Below are positions 1 to 9,906 of a stretch of DNA of 56,702 nucleotides, one piece after another. Within the stretch, counting starts at the first letter, position 1. The number at the start of each line of letters is the position of its first letter. A program made the position numbers and the translations under genes. The DNA comes from Candidatus Thorarchaeota archaeon. GTDB lineage: Archaea > Asgardarchaeota > Thorarchaeia > Thorarchaeales > Thorarchaeaceae. Location: NCBI GenBank assembly GCA_048882485.1, contig JBHLRP010000020.1:1-56702 (forward strand). The letters are read 5' to 3'. The notes under the pieces are model-generated. The model searched no databases. It was not told where the DNA came from and saw only the letters and a list, made by a program, of their open reading frames with translations.

Positions 1-234
1 TTCAGCATGGGTCAGGAAAAATCAAAAGAGAAGGAAGATGCCTTAATGCCATTCCAAGTCAATAGGGCTCTTGTTGGGAAAGCAAGCAAAGATGTGATTG
101 TGATGCACTGCTTGCCGGCTCATCGTGATGAGGAGATTGAGAGTGCAGTTATGGATGGTAAACATTCTGTTGTGTTCGACCAAGCAGAAAACAGACTTCA
201 CGCTCAGAAAGGGATTATGGCATTAATTGTATAA
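1..234 (+). CDS. argF: Ornithine carbamoyltransferase, C-terminal part (5' truncated by window)
   Basis: SMG, HCLP and [13 protein letters not shown] motifs of OTCase. Confidence 0.93.
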   Translation, partial: FSMGQEKSKEKEDALMPFQVNRALVGKASKDVIVMHCLPAHRDEEIESAVMDGKHSVVFDQAENRLHAQKGIMALIV

Positions 235-245
235 TCGATAGGCGA

Positions 246-665
246 CTATAGCTCAGGATGCCGGCGAAACCAGCTCATTAGCCGTCTTCTCTTCTGGTTG
301 TCATTCGGTGGAACCCTTAAAGCCCACATCGCCGCGTCTTTTTGTTGGCGCGTCCTAGTTTGCCACTGAGAAGTCACCTGCCCAGTACGTTTCGATAACG
401 ACAATCGTATGAATCTGGGTTTTCTCATTAGTATGCCTAAATCAAGGCATATAGCGCATTCATCATCTAAATGACGACATCTATGATTCAAAACGAGTTG
501 TTTTAGCTCTTTTGCGATAGCTGCGGTCTTCCTGTTCTTCAGTTTAGACAGTCCGTCTAGGTCGCCAATCTTGAGAGTCAGATACTCTTCTGAAAAACCT
601 CCTCCATAGGTTCGTTTCTCTGGAGTCCCAAATTTCGATATGAACTCAAGATATTTGGAGGGCAA
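246..665 (-). CDS. Hypothetical basic protein (HxCxHxxxxCxxC cluster)
   Basis: 139-aa ORF with no recognised family; Cys/His cluster. Confidence 0.5.
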   Translation of the reverse strand: MPSKYLEFISKFGTPEKRTYGGGFSEEYLTLKIGDLDGLSKLKNRKTAAIAKELKQLVLNHRCRHLDDECAICLDLGILMRKPRFIRLSLSKRTGQVTSQWQTRTRQQKDAAMWALRVPPNDNQKRRRLMSWFRRHPEL

Positions 666-714
666 TCGCTGGCCCCCTCGGGATCATGAATTGTCACTGA
701 TCGATTGATGCCAA

Positions 715-1211
715 TCAGATCTTCATCATTTCTGTAAATCGTAATCCATTCATCTTCAGGAATAACTTCCTTGAGATACGCGATTTTGATTTCGTCTTGT
801 AGTCAACAACTGAGGCGATGACCTTTGAGAGTTCCAGAATCCGTATCGTTTCGAACTTCTTGAGTTTTCTCTTGATAAGCATCCTAGTATTAGAGTCCCT
901 CCAAGAAACCAGCCCGCAAACAGCAGGCGTCCCCCTCTTCTTACGGATGTAGAAGATACTGTCGTTGTTTTCTATGCTCTTTGTGAGCAACTTTCTTTCG
1001 ATTCTCTGTTGTTTTTTATCTTATGATTTCTCCAGCCCTTGTCAAGGAAACAGTTCACCGAAGCAGACACCACTAGAGAATGCCATCTTCGATTCAAACA
1101 TTCAATCAGGGATTCTTTCAGGTCTGATTCCTTCCAGGTGACTTGCTCATCCATGGCCCTCACTTTGCGCAGCATTTCCTTTGCATGAATAAAAATGACT
1201 GTTCCGGTCAC
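715..1211 (-). pseudogene. Two short overlapping ORFs (972..1211, 715..990), possibly one frameshifted or degraded gene
   Basis: Consecutive overlapping minus-strand ORFs inside the argF-bracketed island; no family recognised. Confidence 0.25.
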
Positions 1212-1304
1212 CTGCCTAATTGAGCTCAGACCGAGGCTTGATGCTACATAGGCAAATGAAGAAGTGGAAAATGATTAAATTCCCTCCGATTTCATACATC
1301 CATT

Positions 1305-2735
1305 GTGACAGGTAGAAGGAACCCTCCTCCCAGAAGGATTCAGAGTAGAATTGTTAAGTTGGAGCCAGTAGAGAACACGCAACAGCTGAAGTCGAAACTA
1401 GATGGGTGTGACACCGAGAACACTGAACAGCTCACTATCCGATTGTATCATGAGATCTTTACCGAAACCCTGTCACTTCGGATGTTGTCCCAATTCCAGA
1501 ACCTGAGGCGTGTCGAGATATCTGGAGGTAGTTATAGCTCAATAGACCTATCTTCCCTGCAGGAATTGGTTCCTCTTGAGAAACTCATCATCAAAAACAA
1601 TAGAACTCTAAGAGAGGTTGACCTTTGCCCCGTCTTCAAGGCTCCACGTATCAAGTCTATTTTGCTGTGGAAGATGCCATACCTTGATACCATAAAACTG
1701 GACGATATAGGGTCGTGTGAGTCATTACGTTCTCTCATGTTTGAGAGTGGATTTATAGGTTCAAATCTCTCACTCATCGGCGAGTGCGGGGGACTACAGG
1801 AACTCACGTTCCATGCCAGAATGGAGGACATTGACCTCTGGGACATCGCTGGACTACGAAACCTTTCACTCCTCTCAATAAAGCTAATGCTACAGTCCTA
1901 TAGAAACGAGTCACAACCAGTAGACTGCACTCCGCTCCTGGCACTACCAAAGCTCATGTCTCTGCAACTCCTTAGTTATAGCGGACACACTCAGAATATG
2001 CCAATCAAGATCGGTCTTCCGAGATTTGTTTCGATGGAATGTGGAAAGACATGGGAGCGAGTCAATGAGTCCTTGGACAAGATCGAGTACTCCCATGTCT
2101 TGAGCCTGACCTGGAGGAAGGCCTATCCAGTACTTGAGGAATATGCATCACGTTTTGCTCCCATCTACTGGCCAAGCATCAACAGGTATGTCTTGGAAAC
2201 CTGCGGTGTCAGTAATACCAGATACCACATTGACTTGGCAAGGTGTGTTATCCCTTCTGATTTGCTACAGCTGGCCGAACCGGAGCCCACGAAACCAGCC
2301 ACTGAGAAGATTGAGAGAGCCCTTGATGAGAACATCGTTGACATGGTGACAAGATACCTGGAGGAGGGCAATGACACGAGCGGGTTCGACATCGATAAGA
2401 TTGCAACCAATGAACCAAGGCTATCTTCCTTTATCCCGAAGGTAATAGAGTTACGTTCCCAGGAGATACGCGGCCTTACCTTCATTCAGGTACCGTATAG
2501 AGCTGGTGCAGGATTCGAGAAATGGCAGGCTACAGAACAATACCACACGCATCCTTTGATGGACACGGTATATGGCAGACAGGCTATTGAGGACAAAGAA
2601 TCACATATCAACAGACCAACACTCAGAGAACAATATATGATGCCGTTGAAGGAAATAGAGAGCATTGAGAGGCGGTTGAATGAATCAGACATCGAAACAG
2701 ACTGGAGATACATATCAGTATATGAGTGGAGGTGA
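1305..2735 (+). CDS. Leucine-rich repeat protein with C-terminal non-repeat domain
   Basis: Degenerate LRRs (SIDLSSLQELVPLEKLII, EVDLCPV, IDLWDIAGLRNLSLLSI). Confidence 0.8.
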   Translation: MTGRRNPPPRRIQSRIVKLEPVENTQQLKSKLDGCDTENTEQLTIRLYHEIFTETLSLRMLSQFQNLRRVEISGGSYSSIDLSSLQELVPLEKLIIKNNRTLREVDLCPVFKAPRIKSILLWKMPYLDTIKLDDIGSCESLRSLMFESGFIGSNLSLIGECGGLQELTFHARMEDIDLWDIAGLRNLSLLSIKLMLQSYRNESQPVDCTPLLALPKLMSLQLLSYSGHTQNMPIKIGLPRFVSMECGKTWERVNESLDKIEYSHVLSLTWRKAYPVLEEYASRFAPIYWPSINRYVLETCGVSNTRYHIDLARCVIPSDLLQLAEPEPTKPATEKIERALDENIVDMVTRYLEEGNDTSGFDIDKIATNEPRLSSFIPKVIELRSQEIRGLTFIQVPYRAGAGFEKWQATEQYHTHPLMDTVYGRQAIEDKESHINRPTLREQYMMPLKEIESIERRLNESDIETDWRYISVYEWR

Positions 2736-2925
2736 GCCTCAGTTTACCTATGCAAGTATTGGCTCACTCTGCGTCTTCTCTTTCTACTCATTACGGTTCT
2801 CAATGGTTGCCTTCCTTAGAAGAAGGCATTGTTCATTCATCTCTCCTGAGATGAAGTGATTCATTCTCCAGTCAAGACTTATCACGGTATCGTTCTCTGG
2901 TATAAGACGACCTGAGGAATGAAGT

Positions 2926-3969
2926 ATGAGCATCACACTGACCTGTACATTCAAGTCAGGAGAAGGACCTAAGAGTATCGAGTTTCCGAAAGATGTAGAA
3001 GAGATAAACCTTCCAGGGAGGGGGATGGTCAGCATTGATCTCTCAGCTATCAGTTTATGCACCAATCTTCAACGGCTTATTCTGAACAGCAACTACCTTC
3101 AAGACATCGACCTTACACCACTCAGGACATGTGCTGAACTCCAAGAGATTAACCTTGGTGCCAATGATCTCAAGAATATCGATCTCACGCCACTAAGTTC
3201 GTGCAATTCACTCAATCAGATTGAGTTGGAGGTAAACTCTCTCATGGAAATTGATCTCACGCCACTTGGTTCCTGCATAAATCTTGAGCAGCTCAAGTTG
3301 AACAGGAATAAATTCCAGCACATCGATCTTACGCCACTGAATTCCTTGATCTTTCTTGAAGACCTTGACTTGGGATTCAATCAGCTCAGCAGTATAGACC
3401 TTGGACCACTCCAAAATTGTTCGAATCTTCAAATATTGGGACTACACATCAACAATATCAAATCCATCGATCTTGAACCGCTCAAAGGATGCCAGAATCT
3501 TCTGGAACTTAGGCTCAGCCAAAACAAGCTTCTATCTATCGACCTAGAGCCTCTCAGGTCTTGTGTGTTCTTAGAAACACTCAGTCTATTTATGAATCAG
3601 CTGCAGGATATCAATCTCTCACCTCTAAGTAAATGTACTCATCTTCGTATTCTCCTCCTCTCTCAGAACCAACTTCAAAACATAGATCTTTTCCCCCTCC
3701 GGGCGTGCACTGAGATCCGCCGTCTCAATCTGGGTGGCAACCAGCTCCGAGAGATTGACCTGAAGCCACTCAGCCGCAGTGACAGCCTTGAATTTCTTCA
3801 CTTGGATAGAAATCAACTTCAAAGTGTTGATCTCACTTCAATCCAATCGGGAATTGTGGAATTGAACGGAAACGATCTCCATACATTAGAACTGCCTAGT
3901 ATCTCTAGAGAGGTCTTTGTACACTATGAGCATAATCCAAAGACCAGAATCATACAAAGCATACCTTGA
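2926..3969 (+). CDS. Leucine-rich repeat protein, about 13 tandem 22-aa repeats
   Basis: Regular IDLxPLxxCxxLxxLxLxxNxL repeats. Confidence 0.93.
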   Translation: MSITLTCTFKSGEGPKSIEFPKDVEEINLPGRGMVSIDLSAISLCTNLQRLILNSNYLQDIDLTPLRTCAELQEINLGANDLKNIDLTPLSSCNSLNQIELEVNSLMEIDLTPLGSCINLEQLKLNRNKFQHIDLTPLNSLIFLEDLDLGFNQLSSIDLGPLQNCSNLQILGLHINNIKSIDLEPLKGCQNLLELRLSQNKLLSIDLEPLRSCVFLETLSLFMNQLQDINLSPLSKCTHLRILLLSQNQLQNIDLFPLRACTEIRRLNLGGNQLREIDLKPLSRSDSLEFLHLDRNQLQSVDLTSIQSGIVELNGNDLHTLELPSISREVFVHYEHNPKTRIIQSIP

Positions 3970-4122
3970 TTGTGAGCCTTGCCAATCCCATCATCCCCGA
4001 GCCGCCTAGTTCCTATGTAGGATTCGCTACTTCAACTTGAGAAGACCCTGCATTAAAGTTATTACTGGCATGAAGTCATCTGGAAATGGTGATGGTAGCT
4101 ATCGCAGGAGAAATCTGAACTC

Positions 4123-4239
4123 ATGCTAATCCCAGAACTGACCTCCGATATAATGGATGATGCAAAGTATACTGTTGTATTTGACCAAGCAGAGAACCGT
4201 CTGCATGCGCAAAAGGGAATAATGGCACTCATAGTGTAA
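4123..4239 (+). pseudogene. Second copy (orphan fragment) of the argF 3' end
   Basis: Frame reads [38 protein letters not shown]; the last 21 aa are identical to argF at 169..231. Confidence 0.88.
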
Positions 4240-4251
4240 GAGGCTGTAGAA

Positions 4252-5223
4252 TTGGTGCGAGAAATTGTTGCCGTGGGCAGAATCAATGTGGACGTGATTA
4301 TGGAAGTCGGCAGGATTCCAGCAAAGAATGAGCATGTCACAAGCAGACAAGGTTTCATATCTTTTGGCGGTTCGGCATCAAACTTTGCTGCCCAAGCAGC
4401 TAGACTCGGTGTGGGTACAGGGATAGTCGGTTGCATTGGTGATGACCTCTATGGGCAACAGGCCTTGAAAGACCTATCAAATGCTGGTGTGGACACTAGT
4501 TCAGTTCTAGTCTTGGACAACCAGCCAACTGGCATATTCTTTCTAGCGGAGCAGAAGAATGGGGACAGAGTTGTTGTTTCAGAACCAGGCGCAAATCGAT
4601 TTCTAGAGAAACATGTTCTCGATGAAGACCTTCTGATAAAATCTACAGTTGTGCATCTCGCTGGTGCATTTCCAATGTTGACATCTAGAATCCAAGAGGT
4701 GTCCACAGCGAATGGAATGATATTTTCCTTTGATCCGGGAAGGGCCGCGGGCTCTTTAGACTTCAAATCAATCCTTCGGAGAACCGATCTTCTGTTTCTA
4801 AACCAAGGAGAGCTACGCAACTACTTCAAGATCAACCCGAACGAGAAGGCATTGAAAGCGTTTGCCAAGACAATACCGGGAATTGTGATAGTCAAGAAGG
4901 GAGAGAAAGGCGCGGTTGCTACTGATGGGTTTGAGTACTGCACGTCCCCGGTTTTCGATGTCCCTGCGGTTGACACATTGGGAGCTGGAGATGCTTTTGC
5001 AGCTGGCTTTGTCACTGCCTGGACGCGCTCAGAGAGGATTGAACAAGCGCTTCATGTCGCTAATGCGGTTGCGGCTCTGACAATTACCAAGAAGGGTGCT
5101 CAAAACGGACAGCCCACAATGGATGAAACAGCTAGGCTTCTGAAGAAGAACAGAGTAGCAATCGACTCAGTATTGAGAACCTTCAAGCCCAAGAAACGAA
5201 GAAAGGGAAAGGGTAGGCGATAG
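4252..5223 (+). CDS. PfkB/ribokinase-family carbohydrate kinase
   Basis: GGSASN and DTLGAGDAFAAG PfkB signatures. Confidence 0.92.
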   Translation: MVREIVAVGRINVDVIMEVGRIPAKNEHVTSRQGFISFGGSASNFAAQAARLGVGTGIVGCIGDDLYGQQALKDLSNAGVDTSSVLVLDNQPTGIFFLAEQKNGDRVVVSEPGANRFLEKHVLDEDLLIKSTVVHLAGAFPMLTSRIQEVSTANGMIFSFDPGRAAGSLDFKSILRRTDLLFLNQGELRNYFKINPNEKALKAFAKTIPGIVIVKKGEKGAVATDGFEYCTSPVFDVPAVDTLGAGDAFAAGFVTAWTRSERIEQALHVANAVAALTITKKGAQNGQPTMDETARLLKKNRVAIDSVLRTFKPKKRRKGKGRR

Positions 5224-5293
5224 TCGGTATTACCGTCGTAGTATTCCACTTTTTCTTAGGAGAATACACCGATATTAGCACGGAACTGAAGGT

Positions 5294-6487
5294 GTGATTG
5301 AGCTTATGCATCCATTATTGGAAGAGGTCCTTCGAACAGCGCCAACTGGGCAACGTGAAACACAGTATGGCAAGTCCTCAAAGAAGACTCCTGCGAAATC
5401 TGCCACAACTGATGAGGATCTGGCTAATATTTTGGAATCCGTCAGCGCCAGGATACTCGTAGTTGGAGTTGGGGGAGCTGGTAACAATGCAGTAACACGT
5501 TTGATGCAAGTTGGAGTAGAAGGAGCGGAAACACTTGCAGCTAACACGGATGCGCAGGACCTCTATTTTTGCAGCTCAAACCATAAGCTGCTTCTAGGCA
5601 GGGAAACCTGTGGAGGACTTGGAGCTGGAAACGACCCCGACATAGGTGAAGCCGCAGCTCTAGAAACATATGAGGTCATTAAAGATGTGATTCGAGGCGA
5701 TCTTGTGTTCATAACCGCTGGAATGGGCGGTGGAACAGGAACAGGCGCCGCACCGCTAATTGCCAAAGCCGCACAAGAAAATGGTGCTCTGACAGTGGCT
5801 ATTGTGTGTCTGCCCTTTGAAGTGGAGGGTGACACTAGAAGACGGAATGCTCAGCGTGGCCTCAATGCAATCATGGAACATGTGGATACTCTGATAGCCA
5901 TACCCAATGAGAAGCTCCTGGAGATAGCTCCTGATCTTTCTTTGCCAGAGGCCTTCATGGTGGCCGATGAAGTCCTAGTGAGAGCTGTAAAGGGCATCGC
6001 GGAATTGATTTCAAAGCCTGGGCTTGTGAACCTAGACTTTGCTGATGTCCGTACAACGATGAAGAATGGTGGCGTTTCAATCATCGCACTTGGCGAGGGA
6101 GAGGGAGAAAACAGAGCCGAAGACGCTGTAATCAATGCTCTCAGGAACCCCTTGATAGAAGTTTCAATTGAGAACGCGCGCAACATTCTTGTGAATGTCA
6201 GTGGTAGCACTGACCTTCAGTTGTCTGAGGCAAAGCAAGTCGTACAACTGGTGACTGAGCAAGTGAATCCTGGAGTAGAGATAATCTATGGGGCATTGAT
6301 CGCTCCAGAACTTGAGGACCGAATTCGTGTGACCATTATTGCATCTGGTGTGAGCTCTCCGTATGTCTTTGATAAGACAGAGAGAGTAATGCCTTTAGCA
6401 GACGACCTGAAGACTGACTTGGGACTTCAGAGGTTGGATGAATCCGACATGGACAATCAGGAAGGGTTAAAAGAAGACTCGGACTGA
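5294..6487 (+). CDS. ftsZ: Cell division GTPase FtsZ (FtsZ1 type)
   Basis: GVGGAGNN, GGGTGTG tubulin signature, NLDFAD; archaeal ftsZ-secE-spt5 synteny. Confidence 0.97.
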   Translation: MIELMHPLLEEVLRTAPTGQRETQYGKSSKKTPAKSATTDEDLANILESVSARILVVGVGGAGNNAVTRLMQVGVEGAETLAANTDAQDLYFCSSNHKLLLGRETCGGLGAGNDPDIGEAAALETYEVIKDVIRGDLVFITAGMGGGTGTGAAPLIAKAAQENGALTVAIVCLPFEVEGDTRRRNAQRGLNAIMEHVDTLIAIPNEKLLEIAPDLSLPEAFMVADEVLVRAVKGIAELISKPGLVNLDFADVRTTMKNGGVSIIALGEGEGENRAEDAVINALRNPLIEVSIENARNILVNVSGSTDLQLSEAKQVVQLVTEQVNPGVEIIYGALIAPELEDRIRVTIIASGVSSPYVFDKTERVMPLADDLKTDLGLQRLDESDMDNQEGLKEDSD

Positions 6488-6537
6488 GAGCAGTCGAATC
6501 CTACTTGAGGGATTCAGACACCAGGATGTGAATACAT

Positions 6538-6753
6538 TTGGGCATTAGTGAATTCATTCAAGAAAGCAGACGCATCCTAAAGCTAGCTACCAAGCCTTCC
6601 AGGACGGAACTTTGGACAAGCACAAAGATTACGCTATTAGCTATGGTTCTAGTTGGTCTGCTTAGTTTCATTGTCCAAATCTTCATGACTACAATTACCG
6701 GCGAATGGGGTACCGAAAGCTGGATACCGATATCATTGGTAGGGCTGTTATAG
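6538..6753 (+). CDS. secE: Protein translocase SecE/Sec61-gamma
   Basis: RILKLATKPSRTEL followed by a TM helix; synteny. Confidence 0.92.
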   Translation: MGISEFIQESRRILKLATKPSRTELWTSTKITLLAMVLVGLLSFIVQIFMTTITGEWGTESWIPISLVGLL

Positions 6754-6797
6754 TCCTTAACCTATCCAGCAGTCGAACATATCAAGGGGGTTTCTAG

Positions 6798-7475
6798 TTG
6801 GAGCCAAAAAGCAGCATTTACGCGGTTCGTACTACCATAGGACAAGAGAAGGGCGTTACAGACCTTATAACTACAGCAGTCATAGGTGAAACAGATGTCT
6901 GGGTGTGTCCTTTCTGTTCTGAGGAGTTTTCTTCCAATGAAGCCACCCTAGAGCACATGAGCAGCTGCAAGAAGAAGAAAAGGAAGACAGGAGAGCCCAA
7001 GTTGGTATCGACCAACCAGCTTCTGGGACGGGTCAAGGCAATTTTGGTACCCGAAACTCTTCGAGGCTATGTATTCCTAGAGACCCTTGAGTTTAGAGAT
7101 GTGGAGATTGCAATCTCAGGTGTACCGCATGTTAGAGGCCGTGTAGGTGGCAAGGTCAGCTTTGAAGAGATTGATAAGTTCTTGGTGCCAAAGCCGGCTG
7201 CAGAAGGAATCTCAACTGGAGATGTTGTAGAGATCATTTCTGGACCATTTAAGGGAGAACGAGCCAAGGTTGCACGAGTTGATGCGGCAAAGGAAGAGCT
7301 CATTTTGGAGCTGTTAGACAGCCCGCATACAATTCCGATACGTGTCCACGCAGACTTTGCTAAAATAGTTGAGAAAGCACATCGTGAGGAAGAGGTCGAG
7401 GTTTCCGGTGAAGATGAGGACCGAGCTGGGAAGGAAGAGGATTTGGAAGACGACTCTTTCTGGGCGCACGACTAG
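6798..7475 (+). CDS. spt5: Transcription elongation factor Spt5 with inserted CCHC zinc finger and acidic tail
   Basis: NGN (YAVRTTIGQE, LRGYVFLE) and KOW (GDVVEIISGPFKG) domains. Confidence 0.95.
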   Translation: MEPKSSIYAVRTTIGQEKGVTDLITTAVIGETDVWVCPFCSEEFSSNEATLEHMSSCKKKKRKTGEPKLVSTNQLLGRVKAILVPETLRGYVFLETLEFRDVEIAISGVPHVRGRVGGKVSFEEIDKFLVPKPAAEGISTGDVVEIISGPFKGERAKVARVDAAKEELILELLDSPHTIPIRVHADFAKIVEKAHREEEVEVSGEDEDRAGKEEDLEDDSFWAHD

Positions 7476-7697
7476 CTGGAAGCATTCAGTCACTCCAAAA
7501 TGCTTAAAACATTCTAGATATGGGGTCGAATCATCTCCTTAATTGGACATCGACGCAAGACGTCGTGTCTGGGGTGAAGAAATTGACAATGAATGCAGTA
7601 GACCGAACTGGACAGAGTACTACTTGTGCCATTAGGTCGACCATAATCGGGGTGTGTAAAGACCCATCGATGTTACTGCATCAGGAGTTGTGAAGAA

Positions 7698-8204
7698 TTG
7701 AGCGAAACTAAGCCAATTATTGTAGAGGCGATGGTGGAGGGTGGCAAAGCTTCCGGAGGGCCGCCAATTGGGCCGGCTCTTGGACCTACTGGGGTAAACA
7801 TATTCCAGGTCGTCACCAAGATCAATGAGGTCACTGAAGCCTTTGCTGGTCTCAAGGTACCTGTGAAGATAACAGTCAACCCAAATGACAAGAGCTTCAC
7901 CGTTGATGTGGGAACTCCACCAACTAGCGCACTAATCTTGAAAGAGATTGGCCAACCAAAGGGCTCGGGAGAGCCAAACACAAACATCATTGGGAACCTG
8001 ACCATTGACCAGATTAAGTCAATTGCAAAAGGCAAAGCGAGTGATATCTCCGCACTCAACATGAAGAGTGCAGCTCTGATTGTGTCTGGCACCTGCGTTT
8101 CAATGGGTGTGACTGTGGAAGGAAAGACTGCCAAGGAGTTCCAGCAGGAAATCAAAGACGGGGTCTGGGACAGCCAGCTGGACGAACCACTCAGGGAGGG
8201 CTAA
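7698..8204 (+). CDS. rpl11: Ribosomal protein uL11
   Basis: GGKASGGPPIGPALGP, GTCVSMG. Confidence 0.96.
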   Translation: MSETKPIIVEAMVEGGKASGGPPIGPALGPTGVNIFQVVTKINEVTEAFAGLKVPVKITVNPNDKSFTVDVGTPPTSALILKEIGQPKGSGEPNTNIIGNLTIDQIKSIAKGKASDISALNMKSAALIVSGTCVSMGVTVEGKTAKEFQQEIKDGVWDSQLDEPLREG

Positions 8205-8207
8205 TTT

Positions 8208-8870
8208 ATGTCAGTCAAAGTTGAACCCATAGAAGCTGCCGTCGCTGAGGCAAGAAAACTAGGAACTAAGAAGAAAAGGAAGTTCAAGCAGAGCTTTGAT
8301 GTTGCTGTCAACTTCAGGAAGAAGGAGCTTGATATTACCAAGCCAGAGAATCGATTCAATCAGGAAGTTGTGCTCCCGAATGCGATGTTTCCGCCTGCAA
8401 AGGTATGCGCCTTTGGTGATGGTGAGTTCGCGGAAAATGCTCTGGCTGCTGGAGTTAAGAGAGTCGTATCAAAAGACGAGATCCCAAAGCTGGGCGATGA
8501 GAAGAAGGAGAGAAAGGCCCTAGCAAAGGGCTTCGACTTTTTCATTGCAGCAGTAGACGCGATGCCCCTCGTGGGTCGTTACCTGGGACAGGCATTGGGG
8601 CCCAGAGGGAAGATGCCAAGACCCTTCCCACCACAAGCAGATCTCAGTCCTGTGGTAGAGCAGTATCAACGGACTGTCCGAGTAAGGATGAGGAATACCC
8701 CAACCTTCCACGTCAAGGTTGGTCATGTGAATATGGCTGACAAGGAGATTGCTGACAACATTGCGGCAGTTCTGAGCTTCGTGGACAGCAAGGGATTCCT
8801 GGACCGTGTCGGCAGCGTGGTCGTAAAAAGCACAATGGGACCAACGGTCAATGTGCCAATCGAGAGGTGA
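8208..8870 (+). CDS. rpl1: Ribosomal protein uL1
   Basis: RKFKQSFD, LGPRGKMP, KSTMGP. Confidence 0.96.
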   Translation: MSVKVEPIEAAVAEARKLGTKKKRKFKQSFDVAVNFRKKELDITKPENRFNQEVVLPNAMFPPAKVCAFGDGEFAENALAAGVKRVVSKDEIPKLGDEKKERKALAKGFDFFIAAVDAMPLVGRYLGQALGPRGKMPRPFPPQADLSPVVEQYQRTVRVRMRNTPTFHVKVGHVNMADKEIADNIAAVLSFVDSKGFLDRVGSVVVKSTMGPTVNVPIER

Positions 8871-8875
8871 TTGAA

Positions 8876-9886
8876 ATGTCAGTTTACGAGAAGACGATTC
8901 CACAATGGAAACTTGACAAAGTGGCTGAGCTCGCCGCCAGAATTGACGAGAACGAGATGATTGGCCTTGTGAACGTGGAAGGCGTTGGAGCAAAACAACT
9001 TTCAGGCATCAGAGAGAGCCTAAGAGGCTCGGCCACTATGATGATGGCCCGAAATACTCTGATGATTAGGGCTCTTGAAGCAGCTAAGAAGAAGGGAATC
9101 AAGGACCTCATAAAGCATGTTTCAGGTCCTGTGGCCTTCATGTTCAGCAATCAGGATCCATTCGTTCTGACAACGTTCCTTGGTGAGAACAAGGCTGCGG
9201 CACCAGCCAAAGGCGGTCAGACTGCACCAAAGGACATCATTGTTCCAGCCATGAATACGGGTGTTGCTCCTGGTCCATTCATCAGCGAGTTGGCCGCATT
9301 AAAGATTCCGGCTCGTGTAAAAGGAGGAGTCATTCATGTCACTGATGACACTGTTGCTGTCAAGGCTGGAGATGTAATCTCAAACGCCATGGCGCAGATG
9401 TTGACAAGACTGGGAATCGAACCCATGGAACTCCAGCTGAAGCTCATAGCAGCATATGCTGATGGAGCGGTAATGATTGGTGACAGTCTTGAGATTGACC
9501 TAAGTGGTCTGTTGTCACAGGTCATAGCAGGACATCAGTACGCGGTCAATCTTTCGATAAACATCGGCTACCCCACGGTAGAAACGATGCCATTGCTGCT
9601 TGCTAAGGCTAGTATTGAAGCCAAGAGGCTGACTATGGAGATAGGCTTTTTCGAGCCAGATATGATTGGCGAGTTCTTAGCCAAGGCAAACTCAGAAGCG
9701 TTTGCGCTTGCAGCAATAATCTCAGAGAAAGACCCAGACGCAATATCCTCCGATGCCCTTAGCCAAGTTCAGGCTGCTGCTGCATCAGCTACGGCGGCTC
9801 CAACAGAAGAGCCGGAGCAACCTGAAGAGGCTGAGGAAGAAGAGGAAGAGGAAGAAGTTGCAGGCCTCGGCGGCCTGTTTGGATAA
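8876..9886 (+). CDS. rplP0: Ribosomal protein uL10 (P0)
   Basis: ARNTL, TGVAPGP, acidic hinge and GLGGLFG C-terminus; ATG 8876 follows an AGGTGA SD. Confidence 0.95.
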   Translation: MSVYEKTIPQWKLDKVAELAARIDENEMIGLVNVEGVGAKQLSGIRESLRGSATMMMARNTLMIRALEAAKKKGIKDLIKHVSGPVAFMFSNQDPFVLTTFLGENKAAAPAKGGQTAPKDIIVPAMNTGVAPGPFISELAALKIPARVKGGVIHVTDDTVAVKAGDVISNAMAQMLTRLGIEPMELQLKLIAAYADGAVMIGDSLEIDLSGLLSQVIAGHQYAVNLSINIGYPTVETMPLLLAKASIEAKRLTMEIGFFEPDMIGEFLAKANSEAFALAAIISEKDPDAISSDALSQVQAAAASATAAPTEEPEQPEEAEEEEEEEEVAGLGGLFG

Positions 9887-9906
9887 TAATAACGAGGTAG
9901 ATAGAA

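Noticed and set aside
241-280. GGCGACTATAGCTCAG resembles a tRNA 5' end
   Set aside because: No anticodon arm, T-arm or acceptor complement follows; it is the 3' end of the minus-strand ORF.
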